NCBI GenBank assembly: GCA_043803085.1
Contig: JAZDKM010000247.1
Coordinates: 3,315 to 67,314 of the forward strand
Length of the DNA stretch: 64,000 bases
Reading direction: 5' to 3'
DNA from: Planctomycetota bacterium
GTDB taxonomy: Bacteria; Planctomycetota; Phycisphaerae; UBA1845
Shown: in pieces, positions 29,410 through 37,121 of the stretch
Position numbering within the stretch: position 1 is the first letter of the stretch
How the letters are laid out: each line of letters begins with the position of its first letter
Notes under the pieces: model-generated
The model's input: the letters and a program-made list of their open reading frames with translations, nothing else
Told to the model about the DNA's origin: nothing
The model's database searches: none
Position numbers and translations under genes: made by a program

Positions 29410-29826
29410 TCAGACCCCTTTCGACCACAACCACCAGCCGGCGGCGCTGAGGACGAAGAACATTCCATCCCTCACCGCCAGCGACCACATCCTCTGCCGC
29501 AGGTGCAGACCGCACGTCACGCCGTTGGACAGCAGCCACAGCGGAAAGCACCAGATCACCCGGGCGTTATTGCACAGGACCCCCGCCACGGAGACCGCCG
29601 TCACGCCCCAGCCGAGCAGGTCCGCCCGCCGGGTCCAGGGCCGGCGGCGGGCCAATTGCCGTTTCAGTTCGTCGTTCACCAGCTCCGCGATCGCCTGGTA
29701 CTCGTGCCCTTCGTGCCGCAGCCGGCGGATCTCCCGGCCCCGGATCCCGATCACGTCGTTCGCGTGCCGGAGCTGCTCCGTCAGCTCATCGATCCGGTCC
29801 TCAAGCTCCTGGACGTTCATCGTCAT
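29410..29826 (-). CDS. Coiled-coil plus 3-TM PnuC-like membrane protein
   Basis: C-terminal GWGVTAVSVAGVLCN...CFPLWLLSN...GWWLW pattern. Confidence 0.55.
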   Translation of the reverse strand: MTMNVQELEDRIDELTEQLRHANDVIGIRGREIRRLRHEGHEYQAIAELVNDELKRQLARRRPWTRRADLLGWGVTAVSVAGVLCNNARVIWCFPLWLLSNGVTCGLHLRQRMWSLAVRDGMFFVLSAAGWWLWSKGV

Positions 29827-30692
29827 GCCAGCGCCTCCTCAAACTGCCGCTCCCGGGCCTCCGCGACCATCGAGCCGGGCAGCGCCCGCACGGGCCGCCG
29901 CGCCAGGGCGGTCCCGCCGCATTTCGGGCAGCGCCGCTCCCCGCGACCGAGATCGTAGCCGCAGGCGAGGCACTCGGTCTCGTACCGCCGCGTCTGGAAT
30001 CCGGCCGCCCGCAGCAAGCGGCGTTGCCGGTGCCTGGCCTTCAGGGCGGCGCTGCATTTGGCCTGGCGCTTGCGCTCGACCTCCGGCCGCCGCCGCAGCC
30101 GCCGCGCGTGCTCAGCGCGGTCCACGAGGATCAGGTTCTCCGGCCCATCGTTCAGCAGGTTATGGTCCGCGTGCACCACGAAGAACCCCGGCGGGACCGG
30201 GCCCTGCCGCTGCTCCCAGAGCCACTGCGCCAGCCGGACCCAGCGCCGGCTCGGCCGGCCCTCGTCGCGGACCTTGATCCAGCGCTCCGACCGGCGCCGC
30301 CGGGCGTTGACGTACCGCGAGATTTTCTTGCCCCGCCGGACGGTAATAGCGCCGACGGCCCGGTACTTCCGCGCTGACTCGCCGCGCAAGCCGCCTTTCT
30401 TGAACTGGGTCGCGATGGACCCCGGCCGGGAGCCGATCTTCCTGCCCGTACTCCACGGCACGTGCCCGGGCCGGAAGCGGTTGGCAATGCCCGTCGCCGC
30501 TACCCTTTGCCGGGCCAGGGCCCGCCACTCCTGACGGGTCATCTGCGAGAGGATCGCCCGCAGCAGCGTCGAATAGGCGCAGTGGTACTCCCGCTGGAGC
30601 CCCATCACCGTCGCCCGCCAGGCCCGCAGCCGCGCGGCGATCTCGGCCGCCGCCGCCATTACCTGATCCTGATTGCCCCGAAACGTGCCCAT
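29823..30692 (-). CDS. HNH endonuclease (HNH_3 type)
   Basis: RFRPGHVPWS, TQFKKG, WEQRQGPVPPGFFVVHADHNLLNDGPENLILV. Confidence 0.8.
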   Translation of the reverse strand: MGTFRGNQDQVMAAAAEIAARLRAWRATVMGLQREYHCAYSTLLRAILSQMTRQEWRALARQRVAATGIANRFRPGHVPWSTGRKIGSRPGSIATQFKKGGLRGESARKYRAVGAITVRRGKKISRYVNARRRRSERWIKVRDEGRPSRRWVRLAQWLWEQRQGPVPPGFFVVHADHNLLNDGPENLILVDRAEHARRLRRRPEVERKRQAKCSAALKARHRQRRLLRAAGFQTRRYETECLACGYDLGRGERRCPKCGGTALARRPVRALPGSMVAEARERQFEEALA

Positions 30693-31858
30693 CAAGAGTC
30701 ACCTGCCGATTCCATGATGCTTCTAACGAACTCCGCCGCTACCTGCGGCACTATGGCGTTCCCGAGCGCCTTGAGCAGCTGCGCCCGGTTCTCGACCCCG
30801 ACCGCGAGCGGCCAGCCGGCCTCGGGGCGCAGGCCAGCCACTCCTTCGGAAGACCCATCATCCAGCAGACGAACCACGGATTCAGGGACCCGGCGCGGGA
30901 CGAACCCTTTGCCGGCGGCCCGCTCGTCACACCAGGCGACGGCGTAGCGAGACCAAGGACCTGCCGGTATAACGGCCTGCCTTTCCTCCCGTAAAGCTCC
31001 GCGTCCGTCTTCCGCGACCTGTCCGAGCGGAAGTCCCGGCGCAGCGGCGTCGGCCAGCCCACCAGCTTGGCGGCAATCCCCCCGATCAGCAATTCGTCTT
31101 TCCGGTCCCCGCTGCGACTGGTCGAGCCCGCCTGAGCCGAACCCGGTGTCGGCCAGCCCGCCAGCTCGGCGGCCAATCCGAGTGATTGAACCGTGAGCCG
31201 CTGGGCTATCCGACCGTTCTCCCGTCTCTTCGACATGTTGGGCATTTCCGGATTTGCATTCGGTGTCGGCCAGCCGCTCAGCGCACCACCACAATCTTTG
31301 CCGAGGGTGCGGGGCTGCCACGCTCGCAGCAGGCACATCGGCCCGCCGAAAATCATAGCTGAGGACTTCCATTGAAGCCTGTACTCCGGCGAGCCATATC
31401 TCGCCATCCTTGCCCGCAACCTGCTCTCCCAGGACGACTGCCGGGCGGCGCGCCTCGATGAGTCGGCGGAACTCCGGCCACAGATGACGGCCATCGGCGT
31501 CCCATTCGTGTCCGCAGTCACAGCAAGCGAATACCCCCGTTCGGAAAACATGCGGCATAAGGTTTCGGCTTGCGCACGCCGGACAGCGTTTCTTCTTTCC
31601 CGCGCAAGAGAACGGCGGGCAGGGACAACTGCCTGTCCAAACGGCCCGGTCTCCCCAGTCGGCGAGCTGCAAGGCCCTGGCCCAGCCGCCGATCCCGGCG
31701 AACAGGTGGACCTGCCCGTATCCGGCGAGCTCGGCGGCTTTGACTTCCCGAATATCGCGGTCATCGACAACCCCTTGCGGTATCAGGCCCGCCGCCATCA
31801 GACCCTTGAGCCAGTCGCAGCAGAACGGGTCGATCTCGTTGTACCAAACCCCGCCCAA
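30692..31858 (-). CDS. DNA (cytosine-5)-methyltransferase, alpha-like chain
   Basis: FAGIGG (motif I), GSCPCPPFS (IV), EQV (VI), PHPRQRLW (VIII), GNAIVPQVA (X); TTG start after AGGAGG. Confidence 0.9.
   Translation of the reverse strand: MGGVWYNEIDPFCCDWLKGLMAAGLIPQGVVDDRDIREVKAAELAGYGQVHLFAGIGGWARALQLADWGDRAVWTGSCPCPPFSCAGKKKRCPACASRNLMPHVFRTGVFACCDCGHEWDADGRHLWPEFRRLIEARRPAVVLGEQVAGKDGEIWLAGVQASMEVLSYDFRRADVPAASVAAPHPRQRLWWCAERLADTECKSGNAQHVEETGERSDSPAAHGSITRIGRRAGGLADTGFGSGGLDQSQRGPERRIADRGDCRQAGGLADAAAPGLPLGQVAEDGRGALREERQAVIPAGPWSRYAVAWCDERAAGKGFVPRRVPESVVRLLDDGSSEGVAGLRPEAGWPLAVGVENRAQLLKALGNAIVPQVAAEFVRSIMESAGDS
30751..31494 (-). CDS. Alternative-frame methyltransferase beta-like chain
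   Basis: Nested frame with three GWPTP repeats and a motif IX-like LNPWFVCWMMGLPKEW; start could be 31494 or 31407. Confidence 0.7.
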   Translation of the reverse strand: MAVICGRSSADSSRRAARQSSWESRLRARMARYGSPEYRLQWKSSAMIFGGPMCLLRAWQPRTLGKDCGGALSGWPTPNANPEMPNMSKRRENGRIAQRLTVQSLGLAAELAGWPTPGSAQAGSTSRSGDRKDELLIGGIAAKLVGWPTPLRRDFRSDRSRKTDAELYGRKGRPLYRQVLGLATPSPGVTSGPPAKGSSRAGSLNPWFVCWMMGLPKEWLACAPRPAGRSRSGSRTGRSCSRRSGTP

Positions 31859-31924
31859 TAACCCCCTCCTTCCTGGAATGAAACCAACCAACATCCTGTC
31901 CTGTCCTGCCAACCATACCCAATC

Positions 31925-31954
31925 CCTCTACCATCTCATCCAACATCCTGTCAA
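31925..31954 (-). promoter_or_regulatory. Sigma70-type promoter for the MTase-to-terminase operon
   Basis: TTGACA-N18-TAGAGG with TG extension. Confidence 0.45.
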
Positions 31955-32458
31955 CCAAAATTCATACCAATCCTCACTTTTTTTGGTAAAATGGGCAACC
32001 TGAATTCTGGACAAACTCGTAGTAGAAAAAAGCCTTTGCGGGAACCGAACGCGGGCGACCAGGGGGCCGGGCCGGGGTCCCCGCAAGCCCGACCCAGCCC
32101 TCGGTCCCGCCCCGCCGGCCGCCAGCCCGCACCAGGTTTGGACGCTGTTTGCCCTCACTTTCGACCATGCCCGCGGAGACATACGCCACAGGTTGTATGT
32201 CGTTTGGGTAAGCCTTTGACCCGCCTTGGATACCCTCTGGATGCCCCCATAAACGACATAGAAGTGCCCTTCTCTGCTATATCACACATTCAACTCCCCC
32301 TGGCTGCCTCCGATCCCCCACCCTGGCGATTCCACACAATCCGTAGCGACTACTACTTAGGAGTTACTCCTATGTAGTGGAATCCCATCATTAGCCCATC
32401 TACCCCTTTTTGTATACACCTTTATGTATACACCTGAAGTGGTAGGGATACGCGTGTA

Positions 32459-33238
32459 TTAGCGTTTGTGTCGGGTGCGTGGTCGGTAGTTGATTCCGCC
32501 GTCGACGTATGGTCGTTGGGCTGCCCACTGGAACCACTTAGCTGGTGTGTCTTTGGTAGTGGCTTGGTCGATGAGTTCTGCGAGTCGTTCGAGGGTGGCT
32601 TGTCGGACTTGGTCGTTATAGCGTGGGAGTGCTACGTTTCCGAGCCAAGCGATAATGGCGGCTGTGCCCCGATCTGACCTGAAAACTGACCGAACCCGTT
32701 CCCGGAGCGCGAGCCAAGCTGACCCGATCGGATCAGTATCGGTCTTCTCTTTCAGATCTTCTCGGTCAGATCGGATCGTTTCTATCAGATCAGATCGGTC
32801 AGGCGCCGTTGACGGACGTTTTGTCAACGTCTCGGACTGTCCCAGACATTGACGGGACTGTCCTGGACTGTCCGGGACGTTGACGGGACAAGATAATACC
32901 TTAGATTGCCGCCAGTCGCGTTTGCGTTGTGCTTCGGTCCAGGATGACATCCAGTCTTGCCAGTCATGGACTTGCGCGCCGTCTGCGGTGACGTCGATAA
33001 GGTGTCTATTGACGGCCGCGGCGTACCACTTGCCGGATTCGCCCGTCCAGCCGACGACCGCTTCGATGTCATCGGCGTCGAAGCTGCGCAGGTCACCGTC
33101 CTGCGCGTGCTCGATGCACCATAGCCATAGACTGACGAGCTGGCCGACGACGTCTTGGACTTTGCAGCCGGTATCTCGGGCGAGCTTGAGCACTTTCGGA
33201 TGGTCACGCAAGCCGGATTCGACGCGCACCCAGGCCAT
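32459..33238 (-). CDS. Phage replication initiator
   Basis: MAWVRVESGLRDHPKV...LVSLWLWC...VHDWQDW N-terminal winged-helix pattern; repeat-rich linker. Confidence 0.75.
   Translation of the reverse strand: MAWVRVESGLRDHPKVLKLARDTGCKVQDVVGQLVSLWLWCIEHAQDGDLRSFDADDIEAVVGWTGESGKWYAAAVNRHLIDVTADGAQVHDWQDWMSSWTEAQRKRDWRQSKVLSCPVNVPDSPGQSRQCLGQSETLTKRPSTAPDRSDLIETIRSDREDLKEKTDTDPIGSAWLALRERVRSVFRSDRGTAAIIAWLGNVALPRYNDQVRQATLERLAELIDQATTKDTPAKWFQWAAQRPYVDGGINYRPRTRHKR
32720..32892. repeat. Iteron-like origin inside the replication initiator gene
   Basis: GGAC boxes at 32834, 32855, 32865, 32875 and 32886 (AGAC at 32844) with 10-11 bp period, plus an adjacent (A/G)GATC pentamer run. Confidence 0.6.
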
Positions 33239-33362
33239 AGTCAACCTCAGAAAAAGCCCTCCCGTCCGATGTCGGCGCAGCCTGAGCGCACTGGTGAGGG
33301 ATCACCCGGACGGGAGGGTATAATGCCATCGTGATGACCAGGCTGTATGACATAGTGGCTAC

Positions 33363-33466
33363 CATTGTGGTGTCCCGCAAGTGTCCCTGGCAAGCCCAAA
33401 AATCTTTACTTTTTTTCCTATTTTTCCGATTTTGTTGTTGACAGAAACGGCAGAATAGCGTAGATT
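33363..33466. promoter_or_regulatory. Divergent promoters (rep gene and early cassette region)
   Basis: Plus strand: TTGACA-N17-TAGATT (33438-33466). Minus strand: TTGCCA-GGGACACTTGCGGGACAC-CACAAT. Confidence 0.65.
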
Positions 33467-33595
33467 ATATACATGCTTAAAACGATAGACCATCTCGACA
33501 ATCCTCACGCCCTGGACCCCCGCAGCGGCAACGCCCGGGCGGCTCGCTATCGTGCTGAAGCAGGTCCAGGGCGCCTTTTTTGGGAGCCTTGCGAA

Positions 33596-33898
33596 ATGGA
33601 AACGACAGAGAATCTCACCTCCATCGTGCAGGTATTGGAGTACCTGCGCACTCAGAATCTGGCGGAATATGCCCAGATCGTCGGCCGCTGGGTCTGGTTG
33701 GAATTTCCAGACAAGCCGTCCGCCGAGGTCCGGGCCGGCCTCACCGCCGTCGGTTTCCGTTGGAACCGGAAACGTAGCTGTTGGCAGCATTCATGCGGAC
33801 ATCACTGTGTCTCCAGTCCCGCGGATAGCTGGTACTTGAAGAGCAAATACGGCACTGTGCTAGTGAGCGGAATTGAGATCGACACGCAGGCGGCATAG
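33596..33898 (+). CDS. Early protein (polyvalent-protein-associated-domain-like)
   Basis: GGAG RBS; IVGRWVWLEFPDKP..EVRAGL...GFRWNRKRSCW motif. Confidence 0.6.
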   Translation: METTENLTSIVQVLEYLRTQNLAEYAQIVGRWVWLEFPDKPSAEVRAGLTAVGFRWNRKRSCWQHSCGHHCVSSPADSWYLKSKYGTVLVSGIEIDTQAA

Positions 33899-33972
33899 GC
33901 CCTGTCCCCGCCCCACTGCCGCGATGGAGCGCGGCAGACCGGCGGCGATAGTGCCGAATTAGGAGCCTTGCG

Positions 33973-34158
33973 ATGAAAAGATACAATGTTCTGCCCTGGT
34001 GGTGCCGGCTGCTGGTCGCGGCCGCGCGCCAAAAGGTCAAAGCCCCCGCGGTGCATACCCTCGACCTGCGGGCGCACCCCTGCCTCGCCTGCCCGCATAG
34101 TCCGGCGGCCTGCGCCACCTGCCCGGTGAGCCTGCGGGCGTCTGGAGGTGCGGCATGA
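33973..34158 (+). CDS. Small Cys-rich protein
   Basis: AGGAG RBS; CLAC...CATC. Confidence 0.45.
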   Translation: MKRYNVLPWWCRLLVAAARQKVKAPAVHTLDLRAHPCLACPHSPAACATCPVSLRASGGAA

Positions 34159-34829
34159 GCAAACAACAGCTCTATGAGAAAGTGCGACCGCGCCTGCGCG
34201 ACCTTGAGCATCCGTTCGCCGACGTCATCGGCCAGGACAAGGCCGTCCGCACCGTCGAGCGCATCCTGGGGCGCGAGGGATGGGGCGGCCAGGCCTTTTT
34301 CTTTACCGGCCCGTCCGGGACCGGCAAGACGACCATGGCCCGGATCGTCGGGGCCCTCGGGGCGGATGAGCTGTGCATCGAGGAATACGACAGCGCCGAC
34401 AAGCTCGACGTGGAGGCCCTGGACAAGCTCGAAAGCGAGATCGGCTTCTATGGCTGGGGTCGCGGCGGCCGCTGTATTATCGTGAATGAGGCCCATGCCC
34501 TCCGCGGCATGATTATCCGCCGGCTCTTGGGCCTCCTGGAGCGGATCCCGTCGCACGTGGTGTGGTGCTTCACCACGACCCGCGAGGGCTCCGACAAGCT
34601 GTTCGAGGACCAGATGGACGCCAGCCCGCTGTTGTCCCGCTGTCACGAAATCGCCCTGACCGGGCAAGGGCTGTGCAAACCGTTCGCGAAGCTGGCCCAA
34701 ACGATCGCCCAGGCCGAGGGCCTGGACGGCAAGCCCCTGGCCGCCTATGAGGCCCTGGCCAAAAAGCACCATAACAACCTCCGACGCATGCTCCAGGCCA
34801 TAGCCGATTTTCGCATGGCGGCCGACTGA
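34155..34829 (+). CDS. Stand-alone clamp-loader-clade (DnaX-like) AAA+ ATPase
   Basis: LYEKVRP...FADVIGQ, GPSGTGKTT, IIVNEAH, LLSRC; lacks the collar domain. Confidence 0.8.
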   Translation: MSKQQLYEKVRPRLRDLEHPFADVIGQDKAVRTVERILGREGWGGQAFFFTGPSGTGKTTMARIVGALGADELCIEEYDSADKLDVEALDKLESEIGFYGWGRGGRCIIVNEAHALRGMIIRRLLGLLERIPSHVVWCFTTTREGSDKLFEDQMDASPLLSRCHEIALTGQGLCKPFAKLAQTIAQAEGLDGKPLAAYEALAKKHHNNLRRMLQAIADFRMAAD

Positions 34830-34921
34830 TTTTTCTCCCGCCGCAAGGAGGTTCGTAAGGGCAGGGAGGCCCTGCTTTGTGCCGCGTGACACTACCGGGA
34901 CAGACCGGGACAAGTTAAGAG

Positions 34922-34949
34922 TTGAGCCTTGCCGAATAGGTGATACAAT
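34922..34949 (+). promoter_or_regulatory. Sigma70-type promoter
   Basis: TTGAGC-N16-TACAAT with TG extended -10. Confidence 0.55.
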
Positions 34950-35030
34950 AGCGACGGCCCGCCGCTGTTGCCGCTGCTCGCAAGGCTCCCGACTCAGTGA
35001 GCGGGCCGTTTTTTTGAAAGGGGTGAAAAG

Positions 35031-35210
35031 ATGCACACGAATGACTCAAAATACCGTACGTATCAGCTTTTCCGGAAAGTGTACTCCCGGCACGGTCTCA
35101 GCCGAAGTATCGCGGACGTGCTGGCAAGACAAGTCACAATAGGAATACAGCCCGTTTCCGGCAAGCACTACCCGTACCTTGTGGACAGCCTATTCTTCAT
35201 TCACTACTGA
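35031..35210 (+). CDS. Small hypothetical early protein (59 aa)
   Basis: MHTNDSKYRTYQLF...FFIHY; same TTGAAxGGGTGAAA RBS as the next two genes. Confidence 0.55.
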   Translation: MHTNDSKYRTYQLFRKVYSRHGLSRSIADVLARQVTIGIQPVSGKHYPYLVDSLFFIHY

Positions 35211-35306
35211 CCCTCGTTCCGGGTGTCCGCAGTCAGGGACGGCTGCGGTATCCCGGCCGCCGTGGCGCACGGCGGGAAACGAAACAATTCTTGAAGGGGT
35301 GAAACG
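35206..35306 (+). repeat. Structured intergenic repeat, copy 1
   Basis: About 100-nt element with two hairpins, repeated at 35512. Confidence 0.8.
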
Positions 35307-35516
35307 ATGACCAGGAACAGACTCGCGGTGATAGCTGCTTTGAAATCAGAAATGGCGGATTTTCGCTGTGCCGTTTTTTGCAGCACCCACGGCGGTTACA
35401 TTGAGGCCACGGATCGTAACCTCACCACACCATTCGAGACGATCCCTCACGACAGGGACTGGTGGACTGCCGCCGCCATTAAAATCCATGATAAAATCAT
35501 TCCACTGCAAGACTGA
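35307..35516 (+). CDS. Hypothetical early protein
   Basis: 69 aa between the two repeat copies. Confidence 0.55.
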   Translation: MTRNRLAVIAALKSEMADFRCAVFCSTHGGYIEATDRNLTTPFETIPHDRDWWTAAAIKIHDKIIPLQD

Positions 35517-35613
35517 CCCTCACTCCGGGTGTCCGCCGCAAAGGACTGCGGCGGTATCCCGGCCGCCGTGAGCGCCACGGCGGGAACGAAACGACCGTTG
35601 AAAGGGTGAAAAA
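35512..35613 (+). repeat. Structured intergenic repeat, copy 2
   Basis: Shows compensatory stem changes relative to copy 1. Confidence 0.8.
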
Positions 35614-36036
35614 ATGAGCGACGAGAAAACACAATCCGAAGTTGTCCACCTAATGGCGAACCGTTTTCCGTGTTCGCTTTGCGGAACCGAAACGGTCTAT
35701 CGCAGTCCGGAGGCCGAAGCGACGCACGATCAGCGCTGTTTGTGCTGCGTTGAATGGGGAGCGCCAACGCAGCACACAGCGAGATCGTGGAAAGCAGAGT
35801 GTGAATTGGTGTTGGACAGCGCTGGCAAAGAGGTGGCCCGCACTAACTACAAAGTCCGGATTGAGGCTTATGCCAACGCCTTGCTGATTGCGGCCGCGCC
35901 GGAATTGCTGGCCGTGTGCAAAGAGATCATGCGGCAATTTGATGAAGTCTGTCCGCCAAACATGGAACAAGCAGCGTGGGACATGCTGGAGGCCGCCCTC
36001 CGCAAGGCCGAAGGAGGACTGAACCATGAAGCATAA
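35614..36036 (+). CDS. Hypothetical phage protein
   Basis: ANALLIAAAPELLAVC...AALRKAEG, a motif common in phage early genes. Confidence 0.65.
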   Translation: MSDEKTQSEVVHLMANRFPCSLCGTETVYRSPEAEATHDQRCLCCVEWGAPTQHTARSWKAECELVLDSAGKEVARTNYKVRIEAYANALLIAAAPELLAVCKEIMRQFDEVCPPNMEQAAWDMLEAALRKAEGGLNHEA

Positions 36037-36628
36037 GCCCCATCGCGGGGCCCTGGACCCCGAGAAGTACCTGTCCGCCGAGCAGCTCGCCCAGCTGCGC
36101 GAATACGCCCGCGCCGAGTGCCGCCGGCTCGGGAGCCGCCGCGCGGCCACCGACCTGCTGCTCGTGGAGGTCCTGTGCCTGTCCGGCCTGCGGGCCGGCG
36201 AATGCTGCAACCTGGCGCTCCGGGACCTGCCCTGCACGCATAAGAAGCTCATGCTCGAAGTCCGGGACGGCAAGGGCAAGGTTTCTCGGGCCGTCCATAT
36301 CTCCCAGGCCCTCGCCGACCAGCTCGCCGAATACGTGAGCGCCTACCGCCCGGGCGCTGGACCGGAGGAGCCTCTATTCCTCGGGTGTCATGAGGCCGCG
36401 CTGCGGTATCGCACGCTCTTCGAGAAGATCAAACGCCTGGGCCGAGCCTGCGGCCTCAAGCTGCACCCCCATATGCTGCGGCACTCCTACGGGACCTGGC
36501 TGTATGGGATCGAGCACGACCTGGTCTTCGTCCGGGACCAATTAGGACACGCGAACGTCCGGACCACCGAGAAGTACGCGCGGACCACCAGCGCCGCCTG
36601 CCTCCGCCAGGCGGAGCAGATCCGCTGA
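36026..36628 (+). CDS. Small tyrosine recombinase (catalytic domain only)
   Basis: SGLRAGE, GKGK, HPHMLRHS, LGHA, TTEKY. Confidence 0.9.
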   Translation: MKHKPHRGALDPEKYLSAEQLAQLREYARAECRRLGSRRAATDLLLVEVLCLSGLRAGECCNLALRDLPCTHKKLMLEVRDGKGKVSRAVHISQALADQLAEYVSAYRPGAGPEEPLFLGCHEAALRYRTLFEKIKRLGRACGLKLHPHMLRHSYGTWLYGIEHDLVFVRDQLGHANVRTTEKYARTTSAACLRQAEQIR

Positions 36629-36647
36629 GATTGAAGGAGTCTAATTG

Positions 36648-36863
36648 ATGTCCGGTTTCCAAAACGCCCCCCATATCACCGAATGGAAAGCGGGAATGTT
36701 GGTCGAACGAAACGAGACAAGTTACCGCGTGCTCAGTGTCAGAGCGGACGGAGTAGCCTTGCTGCTCGCCATTGACTGTATATGCCGACCGCTGGAGCTG
36801 CGCCCCTCTGATTTACACGGCGCCATGCGGGCGGATATTTCCAACTACCACCTCTTGGAATAA
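36648..36863 (+). CDS. Hypothetical protein
   Basis: AAGGAG RBS, 71 aa. Confidence 0.45.
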   Translation: MSGFQNAPHITEWKAGMLVERNETSYRVLSVRADGVALLLAIDCICRPLELRPSDLHGAMRADISNYHLLE

Positions 36864-36878
36864 CTGAAGGAGATAACG

Positions 36879-37121
36879 ATGAAAAACTACACCGCTTCCC
36901 CCCGACTAGTCCTCGCGCTGCTCTTGGCAGCCCTCTTATGGACGGTCGCCCGCGGCGAGGTCCAGAACCGCTGCGCTAATATCGCGGCTATGCCCATTAA
37001 ATCCGTGATGAGCGTCGCCTGCAGTGCGGATGGGGCCACGCTCTACGTGACCGCCGACAATAGCGTCTGGCGTTCCCGTGACTATGGTGATAACTGGGAC
37101 GTCATTCTCCGGTCCCGGTAG
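36879..37121 (+). CDS. Small secreted protein with Asp-box (BNR) motif
   Basis: Signal peptide (...LLWTVARG|E); WRSRDYGDNW. Confidence 0.55.
   Translation: MKNYTASPRLVLALLLAALLWTVARGEVQNRCANIAAMPIKSVMSVACSADGATLYVTADNSVWRSRDYGDNWDVILRSR

Noticed and set aside
33473-33595. N-terminal extension of the 33473 ORF as a leaderless start
   Set aside because: The region forms a hairpin plus U-tract, and a better RBS and ATG lie at 33596; not fully excluded
35206-35613. Repeat read as a hammerhead ribozyme (CTGA...GAAAC)
   Set aside because: CTGACCC lacks the CUGANGA core, and the CTGA is simply the upstream stop codon
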